DNA of 32,000 nt from Candidatus Methanophagaceae archaeon (GTDB taxonomy: Archaea; Halobacteriota; Syntropharchaeia; Alkanophagales; Methanospirareceae). Under the pieces are notes generated by a model. The model worked only from the letters and a program-made list of their open reading frames with translations, did no database searches and was not told the origin of the DNA. A program made the position numbers and the translations under genes. Positions 1-8,431 of this stretch are shown here, in pieces (positions within the stretch are counted from its first letter, which is position 1; each line of letters begins with the position of its first letter). Where the stretch lies: positions 400,444 through 432,443 of the forward strand of contig PQXB01000001.1 in the NCBI GenBank assembly GCA_003194425.1. Reading direction: 5' to 3'.

Positions 1-1223
1 ACGAAACCGAAGCAAATAAAGGTTACATAACAACCGTCGAGATTGCGAGCAACGGTGCAATTAGTGACGCGGTCTTGGACAAAGAAGTGTTCGCTCCTTA
101 CAAATGCAAAACACCCGACCTAATTCATATTTCAGGCGATGTTTACGCCGTCGCCTACAGAGGTCACAATGATTTGGGCAGCTTAAAGACAGTCAAGATT
201 TTTGAGAACGGCACTGTCTCGCCGTTCAACGAGACGCAACTCTGGATTGACCTCTTGCGGTTTGATACTGAGACTGGCAAAGGGGTGTACCCGGAGATAA
301 TTCACATCTCTGGCAATGTTTATGCAATTGCCTACGGAGGTGTAGACGACGACGGTTTTGTGAAGACCGTTACGATTGAAAGCGACGGTAGCATTGGCGA
401 CGCGGTCTTGGACTCCTTTGAGTTCGCTCCTAACAACGGCGGCACGCCAGACATAATTCATATTTCAGGCGATGTTTATGCAATTGCTTACGAAGGGCTG
501 ACTCAACAGGGCAGCCTGAAAACAATCACAATTTCAGACGCCGGCACCCTTTCAGAGACTTGTTTAGACCTCTTGCGGTTTGACACTACTCAAGGAAAAA
601 CGCCAAGCATAATTCACATCTCGGACAGCGTTTACGCGGTCGCCTACACAGGTGAGTCTGACGACGGATACTTGAAGACGCTCGAAATAACCTCTTCAGA
701 CTGCCTAATTTCGTGCGATTCCGGGGGCAACGAAAAAAACCAATTCGCACTGGGCGAAAACGTGTTTGTGAAAGGAGAGGGGCTTGCAGCGAACACGAAT
801 TACACGATTTGGATACAACTTGACCCAGTGAGCGAGGGAGACGCGATTGTTTCGGCAGAAGACCCTTCCACGACAACGCCAAAGAATGAGACGGTAAAAA
901 CCGACGCGCAAGGGGACTTCCCTGCGACGCTGATTTGGAGCATAAACGCGAGTGCACCCTTTACCTACCACGAGTACGACATTGTTGCAGACAACCTGGA
1001 GAGCGGGACAGTCGGGATCTACAATGTTGCGAGCGATGACTTGGATTCTGCGAGTGTTGCCGGCATTGTCGCACCGGTGCCGGATGTTTCAGCGCTGGTT
1101 CTGTTCGCGAGCGGGCTGGTTCTCGTTCTGGTGTATTTTGTTTGGGGGAGGAGGAAGAAGACTCACTTACGCCCTGCCTTCTTCTCCTTCTCTTTCTTCT
1201 TCTCGAACAACGAGGGCAGGTGA
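1..1223 (+). CDS. Surface protein, 5'-partial: at least 5 copies of a ~55-aa repeat, an Ig-like C-terminal module and a C-terminal membrane anchor
   Basis: The frame of track ORF 75..1223 (TTG start) stays open back to nt 3. The upstream residues (ETEANKGYITTVEIASNGAISDAVLDKEVFAP) continue the same repeat, P[DE][LI]IHISG[DN]VYA[VI]AY..G.[LV]KT[VIL].I, so the gene runs off the left edge. The C-terminus is IVAPVPDVS + hydrophobic helix (ALVLFASGLVLVLVYFVW) + GRRKK. Confidence 0.6.
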   Translation, partial: ETEANKGYITTVEIASNGAISDAVLDKEVFAPYKCKTPDLIHISGDVYAVAYRGHNDLGSLKTVKIFENGTVSPFNETQLWIDLLRFDTETGKGVYPEIIHISGNVYAIAYGGVDDDGFVKTVTIESDGSIGDAVLDSFEFAPNNGGTPDIIHISGDVYAIAYEGLTQQGSLKTITISDAGTLSETCLDLLRFDTTQGKTPSIIHISDSVYAVAYTGESDDGYLKTLEITSSDCLISCDSGGNEKNQFALGENVFVKGEGLAANTNYTIWIQLDPVSEGDAIVSAEDPSTTTPKNETVKTDAQGDFPATLIWSINASAPFTYHEYDIVADNLESGTVGIYNVASDDLDSASVAGIVAPVPDVSALVLFASGLVLVLVYFVWGRRKKTHLRPAFFSFSFFFSNNEGR

Positions 1224-1399
1224 ATTGCGTAAGTGCCGTCTTCTTTTAGATTCATTATTTTTCTACGCCCAACTCCGCCCAACTCCGAAAACCACTCTTC
1301 AAAGCCCTTGCCGCCCTCAATACTTTTCACCGTCCCCTTCTCTCCTGCCTCAAGCCGCAGAAGCGGAACCGTCTCGCCGGCTCCCGCACCGTCTCCAGC
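1163..1399 (-). pseudogene. FeoA-like (SH3-type) small ORF remnant without a canonical start codon
   Basis: A 78-codon open frame begins right after a TAG (1402-1400). It translates to ...ETVPLLRLEAGEKGTVKSIEGGKGFEEWFSELGGVGRRKIMNLKEDGTYAIHL..., matching the FeoA pattern L..L..GE.G.V..I.GG.G....L.ELG...G..I.V. There is no ATG/GTG/TTG before the motif; the first GTG is at 1330, already inside it. The C-terminal part is degenerate and overlaps the neighbouring gene tail. Confidence 0.3.
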
Positions 1400-1404
1400 C
1401 TATT

Positions 1405-2631
1405 TCAGTAAAGAGCCTGAGTAAAAGAGCAGAGCGGGTCCTCGCCCCAAATGTCGCCTGCTTCCGCGTAAGCCCGCACCCTGCACCCGCCGCCGCACAA
1501 CTCCTTCTGGGGGCACGAACCGCACTTGCCCTTCAAGAACTTCGTCTTCTCGCGGAAAACGGCGAGGACAGGGTTCTTGGGGTCGTTCCAGAGTTCGCTG
1601 AACCTCCTCTCCCGCAGGTTCCCGATTTTGAACTCCGGCAACTGCGCGAACTGGCAGGGGTAGACGTTCCCAGCAGGGTCAACGTTCGCAACGCGGTCGC
1701 CTGCACTGCACGAGTCGCCGGTGTACTGCAGCAGCCTCAACGCGTTCTCGTACTCCGACTCCGGGCTGCCCTCGTCCTTTAATTTGCTCAAGAGGTAAAT
1801 TCCGTCCTGCGGAGCGTCCACGGTGAGAATTTCCATCTCCGCAGGGTTCAACGCCCTCGCCCGCTGGTAGAGCAGGTCAAAAATCTGGGCGACCTCCTGC
1901 GGCTTCAACTGCAAGTCGTAAATCTCCCGCCCCCGCCCGCTCGGAACGAGCCAGTAAACGCAGAACCGCGGCACTCCTAAATCGCGGGAAAGGTCAAGCA
2001 AGTCGCCCACCTCTTTGTAATTTTCTTTTGTAACCGTAACACGAACGCCAGCTTTAAGCCCAACTTCTGCACAATTCCGCAGCGCCTGCACCGCCTTCTC
2101 AAAACAGCCGGGTTGGTTCCGGATTCTGTCGTGCGTCTCTGCCTTCGCTCCGTCCAGCGAGACACCAACGTACTCAACTCCGCAGTCCCTGATTTTTGCG
2201 GCGACCGTGCTCGAAATTAAAGTGCCGTTTGTGCTCAGTGCGGTCTTCAGCCCTCGTGCAGTCGCGTGAGCAGCGAGTTCCCAGAAGTCTTTTCTGACCA
2301 ACGGCTCGCCACCGCTGAACAGGACCAAAGGAACTCGCATCTCCGCGAGGTCGTCCAAGAACTCCTTCGCCTCTTCTAACGAGAGTTCGCCTCCGCTTCC
2401 GGTGTCTCTTCCGGTGTCAAGTTCGGGTCTGGCACCGCTGCTGCTGGCACTAATGTAGCAGTGCGAGCACGCCAGATTGCACTTGTTCGTGATGTTCCAG
2501 AAAATCACAGGTCGGCGAGTCTCGGCGAACGCCAGCAGCCTGCTCGGAACTTGGTGCGGCGGTTTCTTTCGGTGCTTCAGTGCCTCGCTGACGGTTCCTT
2601 TTCCGTGCACGAGTTGCGTAATTCGGATCAT
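1405..2631 (-). CDS. ahbD: Radical SAM/SPASM haem-pathway enzyme, AhbD (NirJ2)-like haem synthase
   Basis: CxxxCxxC motif in FWNITNKCNLACSHCY. C-terminal SPASM-type Cys cluster (CSAGD..VYPCQF...KCGSCPQKELCGGGCRVRAY). The N-terminal leader MIRITQLVHG..ALKH...P.RLL.F resembles NirJ2/AhbD from memory. Adjacent to ahbAB. The AhbC versus AhbD assignment is tentative. Confidence 0.6.
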   Translation of the reverse strand: MIRITQLVHGKGTVSEALKHRKKPPHQVPSRLLAFAETRRPVIFWNITNKCNLACSHCYISASSSGARPELDTGRDTGSGGELSLEEAKEFLDDLAEMRVPLVLFSGGEPLVRKDFWELAAHATARGLKTALSTNGTLISSTVAAKIRDCGVEYVGVSLDGAKAETHDRIRNQPGCFEKAVQALRNCAEVGLKAGVRVTVTKENYKEVGDLLDLSRDLGVPRFCVYWLVPSGRGREIYDLQLKPQEVAQIFDLLYQRARALNPAEMEILTVDAPQDGIYLLSKLKDEGSPESEYENALRLLQYTGDSCSAGDRVANVDPAGNVYPCQFAQLPEFKIGNLRERRFSELWNDPKNPVLAVFREKTKFLKGKCGSCPQKELCGGGCRVRAYAEAGDIWGEDPLCSFTQALY

Positions 2632-2674
2632 TTTTTGTTTGTAGTTTAGTTTGTTGAGTTAGAAAGGGTTTCAG

Positions 2675-3826
2675 TTAGTAAGGGTGCATAACGCTCGTCC
2701 GCTTGAACTGCTCCCCGCTGAACAGCACCAAATACTCGGAGATTCCGACAGCGTCAGAGAGCCGTTTCGCAGTCGCTTCCACTGACGCTCGGTCGTAGCC
2801 GTGAATTACAGTGAAGAGGTTGTGCTCCCACTTTCCCGGCACTGTGGCTCGCTCGTAGCAGTGCGTGATTTCTGTAAAACCCGAGAGAAGAGTTCCAACG
2901 CTCTCTACCCGCTCTGCAGGGACTTTCCACGCCACCACCGCGTTTGCGACAATTCCGACTCTGCGCTGGTTGACTGAGACTCCGAGCCGTTTTACGACGC
3001 CCGTGCTCACCAACTTTTTTAACCGCGCTACCACTTCCTCCTGACTCACCTCTGCCTCTTCTGCAACCTCTGCAAAAGGCTCTTTTACGAGTGGGACGCC
3101 GTCCTGCGTGCTGCGTAGAATTGTCTGGTCTATTTTTTTCTTCTTCTCATTCTTCTCACTGCCCTTGACCACTGGTTTCACCTTCTCCTTTCTCTCCTCT
3201 TCTGCTTTCTTCTCTCTCTGCTCCTCTTCTGCTTTCTTCTCTCTCTGCTCTGCGTCGGTAACTGCGTCGGTAAATCTGAACCGAACGTCGATTTTGAAGA
3301 CGCGAGTTGTGGGCAGGTCGAGAGTGTCAGCGTCTGGGACTCCTGTCCGTCTTTTTATCTCCTCTACCGTTCTTTCCAAGTCCTTCCCGCCGCAAGTCGT
3401 AACCGTGAACCAGAGGTTGTAGTCGTGTTCGCGGCGGTAGTTGTGAGTCACGCACAGGTATTCGTTAACGACGCCTACGACCTCGTCCAACCGCTCCGCA
3501 GGCACTCGCATCGCCAGCAAAGTCGAGGAACAGGCACCCACTTTCTTGGCGTCAAGAATCGTGCGCAGTTTTCGAATCACACCCGCCGCCGAAAGCCGCT
3601 GCACACTGGAGAGCACCTCGTCCTCCCCGAGCCCCAGCCGCTCTCCTACTACCGCCCAGGGTCGCTTCTCCACCGGGAAGTTGTCCTGCAGCAGTTGCAA
3701 CAGTTCCTTGTCCCTCTTGTCCAGTCTGACCGGCACAGGCTCTTTCGCACTCAATTTTTGTCTCCTCTTTCTTCTCTTTCTCCTTCTTCTCCTTCTTCTC
3801 TTCCTAAAGGAATGTAAGGGCACCAC
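2675..3826 (-). CDS. ahbAB: Siroheme decarboxylase, fused AhbA-AhbB (NirD/NirL-like)
   Basis: Two tandem Lrp/AsnC-like halves (LDKRDKELLQLLQDNFPVEKRPW...; IDQTILRSTQDGVPLVKEPF...). Each ends in the H.Y.R...NL[WF] signature (HNYRREHDYNLWFTV; HCYERATVPGKWEHNLFTV). The halves are joined by a repeat-encoded EQREKKAEE x2 linker. The start is uncertain: ATG 3826 gives a poly-Arg leader overlapping ahbC, while TTG 3754 gives a TTGA start/stop overlap. Confidence 0.8.
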   Translation of the reverse strand: MVPLHSFRKRRRRRRRKRRKRRQKLSAKEPVPVRLDKRDKELLQLLQDNFPVEKRPWAVVGERLGLGEDEVLSSVQRLSAAGVIRKLRTILDAKKVGACSSTLLAMRVPAERLDEVVGVVNEYLCVTHNYRREHDYNLWFTVTTCGGKDLERTVEEIKRRTGVPDADTLDLPTTRVFKIDVRFRFTDAVTDAEQREKKAEEEQREKKAEEERKEKVKPVVKGSEKNEKKKKIDQTILRSTQDGVPLVKEPFAEVAEEAEVSQEEVVARLKKLVSTGVVKRLGVSVNQRRVGIVANAVVAWKVPAERVESVGTLLSGFTEITHCYERATVPGKWEHNLFTVIHGYDRASVEATAKRLSDAVGISEYLVLFSGEQFKRTSVMHPY

Positions 3827-4890
3827 GGCTCTTCGGCTAAAAAGTCACCACTCAACTCCGCAGGCTCTTGCAGACCGCCGCAGACGTCCACGAAACTCGT
3901 CAAGCCGTAAGCCCGCGCGCGGCACCCACCGCAGACCGCCCGGTACTCGCAGACGCCACACTTGCCTTTTAAGTTGTCAAAGTCCCGCAGCGACTTCAGC
4001 ACGGGCGAGTTAAACCAAATCTCTTTGAAGTGCGTCTCGCGAACGCTACCCACTTTCAGCGGCAGGTAGGGGCAGGGCGTGACTTCGCCTGTCGGGTAAA
4101 TTCGGCAGTAAGTAAGCCCTGCGAGGCACCCGCGGGTCCACCTCCGCTTTTTGAGGTCAAGCCCCTTCTGCTGCAACGCGATTCGCATAAATTGCGGTGC
4201 ACAGACAGGACGGAGAGCGAGTTTAGTCTTCCCCGCAGCAACCTTCTGAAGCACCTCTGCGAGCATTTGCTCGTACTTCTCCGCCGAAATGTCCTTCATT
4301 TTCACGCCCCTGCCCGTTGGCACGAGGAAGAAGAGGTGAAAGGCGGTCGCACCCACTCGCTCCGCCAACTTCATTATTTCGTAGATTTCGCCGTAGTTCT
4401 GCTGCGTTACCGTTGTGTTAACCTGAACCGCGATTCCGTTTCGTCTGCAGGCTGCAATTCCCTCTAACGCTCGTTTCCAGGCTCCTTTAACGCCGCGGAA
4501 CGCGTCGTGCCGCTCGGGGCTGCTCGAGTCGAGGCTGACTGCAACTGCACTCACGCCGCACGATTTCAGGTCCCTCGCAACCGAGTCGGAAATGAGCGTC
4601 CCGTTGGTGCCGAGCCCCACGGTCAAGCCCTTCTCTTTCGCCGCGTAGTGGGCGAGTTCGAAGAGATCGTCGCGGAGCAGCGGCTCGCCACCGCTTAAAA
4701 TCAGAATTGGCTTGCTCACTTCTGCGATTTGGTCAATTAGCTCCTTTCCCTCCGCCGTGCTTAACTCCCCCGCTCCTGCACTTTCGCTCGCGTCAATGTA
4801 GCAGTGCGGACAGCGCAAATTACAACTAAAGGTCAAGTTCCAAGAAATTAGGCGTGGCAGAAAGTTTCCGTTCTCGTGCATTTTCGTCAA
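3751..4890 (-). CDS. ahbC: Radical SAM/SPASM haem-pathway enzyme, AhbC (NirJ1)-like
   Basis: PRLISWNLTFSCNLRCPHCY (CxxxCxxC). SPASM cluster CRIYPTGEVTPCPYL...KCGVCEYRAVCGGCRARAY. Clustered with ahbAB and ahbD. Confidence 0.6.
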   Translation of the reverse strand: MTKMHENGNFLPRLISWNLTFSCNLRCPHCYIDASESAGAGELSTAEGKELIDQIAEVSKPILILSGGEPLLRDDLFELAHYAAKEKGLTVGLGTNGTLISDSVARDLKSCGVSAVAVSLDSSSPERHDAFRGVKGAWKRALEGIAACRRNGIAVQVNTTVTQQNYGEIYEIMKLAERVGATAFHLFFLVPTGRGVKMKDISAEKYEQMLAEVLQKVAAGKTKLALRPVCAPQFMRIALQQKGLDLKKRRWTRGCLAGLTYCRIYPTGEVTPCPYLPLKVGSVRETHFKEIWFNSPVLKSLRDFDNLKGKCGVCEYRAVCGGCRARAYGLTSFVDVCGGLQEPAELSGDFLAEEPWCPYIPLGREEGEEGEREERGDKN

Positions 4891-4930
4891 TATCTTGTGT
4901 TCTTATTTAAGTTGAGATTTCTTAAAATAA

Positions 4931-5078
4931 AAGTAGAAAGAAGAATAGAAGAGGGAGAGAGAGAAGGAGAAAGAAGAATAGAAGAGGGAGAGAGAGAAGG
5001 AAAGAGGGAGAGAAAGAGAAGGAAAGAGGAAGAGAGAGAAGGAAAGAGAAGAAGAGGAGAGAAAGAGAAGGAAGAAAA
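4931..5078 (+). repeat. ~148-nt near-pure polypurine tract containing a 33-nt tandem duplication
   Basis: gaaagaagaatagaagagggagagagagaagga occurs at 4936-4968 and again at 4969-5001, followed by degenerate (GAR)n up to the ATG at 5079. Only three T and no C on the + strand. It lies in the divergent ahbC / ORF-5079 intergenic region. Confidence 0.9.
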
Positions 5079-5429
5079 ATGAGCGAAACAAGACCGAATA
5101 TAAGAATCGTGAAAGATGTGGGCTACAAAGTGATTATGAGGCGAGAGGACGGCAGCCCGAGACAGGTGTTTAGGTGCTTTATCAAGGAAGGAGACTACGG
5201 CAAGTTCGTCGCGATAGAACAGCACTGGGTGCAAAGAATGGACGGAGAGAAGATTCTGGAAAGCGAGTGGGCAAGAAGGAGTTACAATTTCTCTTACGAC
5301 CGCGAAAGGGCGGTAGACAAGTGGAATTCTATAAGAGAGTTGTTAGAGGATGCTTTGAACGCTGACCTTGAGGGAGAGCAGGGTCAGGAGGAGGTAGAAG
5401 AGGTTTTAGGGGTAGGGCAGAGCGAGTAA
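5079..5429 (+). CDS. Hypothetical small protein (116 aa)
   Basis: ATG directly after the purine-rich leader. Balanced, non-repetitive composition for the first ~95 aa (MSETRPNIRIVKDVGYKVIMRREDGSPRQVFRCFIKEGDYGKFVAIEQHW...) with an acidic tail. No motif recognised. Confidence 0.5.
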   Translation: MSETRPNIRIVKDVGYKVIMRREDGSPRQVFRCFIKEGDYGKFVAIEQHWVQRMDGEKILESEWARRSYNFSYDRERAVDKWNSIRELLEDALNADLEGEQGQEEVEEVLGVGQSE

Positions 5430-5467
5430 GAGGAAATTAACAGCGGGAAAAATAAGAAAATCCAAAA

Positions 5468-6490
5468 ATGTTCCCGAGAGTTAGAATGAGGCGTCTGCGT
5501 GGGCTGAAACTGGTGCGAGAGACACGGCTTTCCTGCGACGACCTGATTCTCCCGCTCTTCGTTGACGAAAATCTGGACGGCAAAAAAACCGAAAAAAGAC
5601 CGATTAATTCAATGCCCGGGCAGTTCCGGTTCTCAGTAGAAGGCGCGGTAAAAGAGGTTGCAGAGGCGCGTTCGCTTGGCGTGAAATCGGTCCTGCTCTT
5701 CGGAATTCCTGCACAAGCAAAAAAGGACGAAGGGGGTAGCGAGGCGTTTAACAGCGAGGGCGTGGTTCAAAGAACGGTTCGAAGGCTGAAGAGTGGGAGT
5801 GAGGGGGAGGGGAGGGGGGTCGTAGTTGCTACGGATTTGTGCCTCTGCGAGTACACGACGCACGGGCACTGCGGGCTTGTAGAAGCAGAAGCAGGAGCGG
5901 AACGGGGAAAAGGACGGGTGCTGAACGACGCTACGCTTGAGGTCTTAGGAGAAGTGGCGGTGAGTCAGGCAGAGGCGGGTGCGGACATTGTAGCGCCCTC
6001 GGGAATGATGGACGGAATGGTAAAGGCGGTGCGAGAGCGGCTCGACGACGCGGGCTTCTCTAACACCGCAATTATGTCTTACTCAGCGAAGTACAACTCC
6101 GCGTTGTACGGTCCGTTCCGCGAGGCTGCCAACTCGGGCTACCAGTTCGGCGACCGCAGCGGCTACCAAATGGATTTTTCTAACGCACGAGAGGCGCTCC
6201 GCGAGGTGGAACTTGACATTTCGGAGGGAGCGGACATTGTGATGGTGAAGCCCGCCCTCTTCTACCTTGACATTATTTCTAAGGTGCGAGAGCGTTTTGA
6301 TCTCCCGCTCGCGGCTTACAGCGTCAGCGGCGAGTACGCAATGATTTCGGCAGCAGCGGAACAGGGCTACTTGAACCGAGCGGAAGTGGTGCTGGAAGGG
6401 CTGACTGCGATGAAACGGGCGGGGGCGGATTTGATTATTTCTTATTTCGCGAAGGAGGTTGCGGAGACTTTAAGTCGCCCTCGGCAGTAG
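5468..6490 (+). CDS. hemB: Porphobilinogen synthase (5-aminolevulinate dehydratase)
   Basis: Zn-type motif [14 protein letters not shown]. Active-site lysine contexts [18 protein letters not shown] and [13 protein letters not shown]. Contains two short G/E-rich insertions (SGSEGEGRG; [11 protein letters not shown]). Confidence 0.9.
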   Translation: MFPRVRMRRLRGLKLVRETRLSCDDLILPLFVDENLDGKKTEKRPINSMPGQFRFSVEGAVKEVAEARSLGVKSVLLFGIPAQAKKDEGGSEAFNSEGVVQRTVRRLKSGSEGEGRGVVVATDLCLCEYTTHGHCGLVEAEAGAERGKGRVLNDATLEVLGEVAVSQAEAGADIVAPSGMMDGMVKAVRERLDDAGFSNTAIMSYSAKYNSALYGPFREAANSGYQFGDRSGYQMDFSNAREALREVELDISEGADIVMVKPALFYLDIISKVRERFDLPLAAYSVSGEYAMISAAAEQGYLNRAEVVLEGLTAMKRAGADLIISYFAKEVAETLSRPRQ

Positions 6491-8132
6491 CCAAGAACCG
6501 CTCAAACATCTTCTTCGGCTTCTTCAGCCTCTGCCCGCTTTTTATTTCTGCCACCGCCTCCTCAAGCCGTACAGAACGCAGGTCGCTCCCTGCACTCCCT
6601 GTTTTCATTCCAAGCCCTTCCCAGACCTCTGCCATTTTTTCAGGCAGCACCGCGTCCAAAAAGACGCAGACCGCTTTTATTATTTGCAGCACATTCTTCA
6701 CAATCTCGCCGCACCGCTCTCTGCCAGCCTCGCCCTGTTTCAGCAAATGCCACGGCTCCTCACGCTGAAAGAAGCTGTTTCCGAAGTTCGCAAGTCCCAT
6801 CGCCGCGTCAACGAGCTTCTTGAACTCGTACTCCTCAACCGCTCTCACCACCTCCGCCTTCGCTTTCTCGATTTCAACAAGAACCTCCTCTTTAACCACT
6901 CCCTCGGGAACGACGCCGAAATTTTTGTAGCCAAACGAGAGAACGCGGTGGACGAGGTTTCCGAGAATTCCGACGAGTTCGTTGTTAAGACGCGTGGCAA
7001 ACGCTCCCCAAGAGAAGTCCAACTCTTTCGTGTGGCTCGAGTGTGCCACTAAAAAATACCGCAACGCGTCGGGGTGGAACCGCTCCAAAAACTCCGAGAC
7101 CCAGACCACGTTCCCGCGGGTCTTCGAGAATGTCTTGCCGTCGATTTTCACCATTCCCGAAGCAACGACCGCGTTGGGCAGCGAGTAGCCCGCTCCTTTC
7201 AGCATCGCGGGCCAAAAAATGCAGTGGTGGTAAATAATGTCTGTCCCGATGAAATGCACGACGGTCGCTCCGTCCTCTTTCCAAAACCTCTGCCAGCCCT
7301 CTTCCTTTCCTCTATTTTTTAGCAATTCTTCGGTGAAAGAAATGTAGCCAATCGGAGCGTCGACCCAGACGTAAACGACCAAGTCCTCTCTGCCCGGGAA
7401 CTTCACGCCCCACTCCAAACTCCTCGTTACGCACCAGTCCCGCAACTCCTTCCGCACCCACTCCCTCGCGTAGTTCCGAGCGTTCAAAGTCCCGCCCAGC
7501 CCCTCCAAATAAGAAGCGAGGAAGTCGGCGAACGAGGAGAGTTTGAAGAAGAAGTGTTCTTGGTCTTTGAAGTCCGCCTTGCTCCCGCAGACCTTACACC
7601 TCGGCTCCAAAATCTCGCCCGGCTCGAGGTGCTTGCTGCAGCCCTGGTCGCACTCGTCTCCCCTCGCAACCGCCCCACAGTACGGGCATTCCCCCTCCAC
7701 GTACCTGTCAGGCAGGAACCGCCCGCAAGTGTTGCAGAAAGCCTGCTTCAGCACCTTCTTGTACACGAACCCGTTCTCCACGAGTCGCTGCACAATTTCT
7801 GCCGTCCGTTTGTGGTTCGTCTCCGAGTCGGTCCGCCCGAAGTAGTCGAATTTCACATTCAGTTCCGCAAAAGTTCGCCTGAAGTGCTCGTGATATTTTT
7901 CAACCACCTCCTCAGGCGTTACGCCCTGAGCCTCTGCACTCAGCACAATCGGCGTTCCGTGCGTGTCCGAGCCGCTCACGAAAACGACCTCGTAGCCCAT
8001 TTTCCGAAGCATTCGCACGTAAATGTCTGCGGGGACGTAAGTCCTGAGGTGTCCGATGTGGCACTCGCCGTTGACGTAGGGCAGAGCAGAGGTTACCAAG
8101 ACCGGCTTCTCGGTTGGGAGTTTCATTTTCAC
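6435..8132 (-). CDS. metG: Methionyl-tRNA synthetase
   Basis: [15 protein letters not shown] (HIGH). Zn knuckles CPYCG....CDQGC / CKVCG. KMSKS-type loop GKTFSKTRG. The track start is GTG 8132; an ATG lies at 8126. The 3' end overlaps hemB convergently by 56 nt. Confidence 0.9.
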   Translation of the reverse strand: MKMKLPTEKPVLVTSALPYVNGECHIGHLRTYVPADIYVRMLRKMGYEVVFVSGSDTHGTPIVLSAEAQGVTPEEVVEKYHEHFRRTFAELNVKFDYFGRTDSETNHKRTAEIVQRLVENGFVYKKVLKQAFCNTCGRFLPDRYVEGECPYCGAVARGDECDQGCSKHLEPGEILEPRCKVCGSKADFKDQEHFFFKLSSFADFLASYLEGLGGTLNARNYAREWVRKELRDWCVTRSLEWGVKFPGREDLVVYVWVDAPIGYISFTEELLKNRGKEEGWQRFWKEDGATVVHFIGTDIIYHHCIFWPAMLKGAGYSLPNAVVASGMVKIDGKTFSKTRGNVVWVSEFLERFHPDALRYFLVAHSSHTKELDFSWGAFATRLNNELVGILGNLVHRVLSFGYKNFGVVPEGVVKEEVLVEIEKAKAEVVRAVEEYEFKKLVDAAMGLANFGNSFFQREEPWHLLKQGEAGRERCGEIVKNVLQIIKAVCVFLDAVLPEKMAEVWEGLGMKTGSAGSDLRSVRLEEAVAEIKSGQRLKKPKKMFERFLATAEGDLKSPQPPSRNKK

Positions 8133-8365
8133 TCCTGCGTCCGCTCTTCCAAAGGGGTCAGAAGCACGACGTTGTTGCCCCGAACCACCACAGAGCCAAG
8201 CTGTCTCTTCCGTTCTCCGTCCTCCAACTCATTTACCTTGCTCAAATGCAAATTCAAGTACTCGTCTGCACTTGTCAGCACGCCCTCCAGCACGCTCTTC
8301 TCGCCCTTCATTTCTACGTGCACCCTTCGCCCCACCAAACTCTGTACCCTTTTACTTGGAAACAT
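8129..8365 (-). CDS. Sm-like (LSm/SmAP) RNA-binding protein
   Basis: 78 aa with Sm1/Sm2-like blocks ([27 protein letters not shown] ... [12 protein letters not shown]). The stop TGA (8131-8129) overlaps the GTG 8132 of metG. Confidence 0.8.
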   Translation of the reverse strand: MFPSKRVQSLVGRRVHVEMKGEKSVLEGVLTSADEYLNLHLSKVNELEDGERKRQLGSVVVRGNNVVLLTPLEERTQE

Positions 8366-8431
8366 TTTCTTGCCTCTGCTTCTTTTATTTGCCTCCTTCT
8401 TCTTTTATTTTACCGCTTTATTAAAACAAAA

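Noticed and set aside
1233-1424. 63-aa + strand ORF between the surface-protein gene and ahbD.
   Set aside because: P/S-rich low-complexity translation. The opposite strand carries a much more protein-like FeoA motif.
4876-5082. 68-aa ORF (…EEGEREGERRIEEGEREGKRERKRRKEEE…) and the antisense 4887..5234 and 4903..5091 ORFs over the polypurine tract.
   Set aside because: These are pure translations of a tandem-repeated polypurine/polypyrimidine tract with no complexity. The + strand ORF's start overlaps the first codons of ahbC on the opposite strand. Treated as non-coding leader or repeat.
8114-8431. N-terminal 106-codon extension of the pyrC ORF (track ORF 8114..9721).
   Set aside because: It is antisense to the well-supported Sm-like gene and to the metG start, and it has low-complexity L/F/S/H composition. 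The conserved dihydroorotase sequence begins at ATG 8432, after an AT-rich promoter-like stretch.
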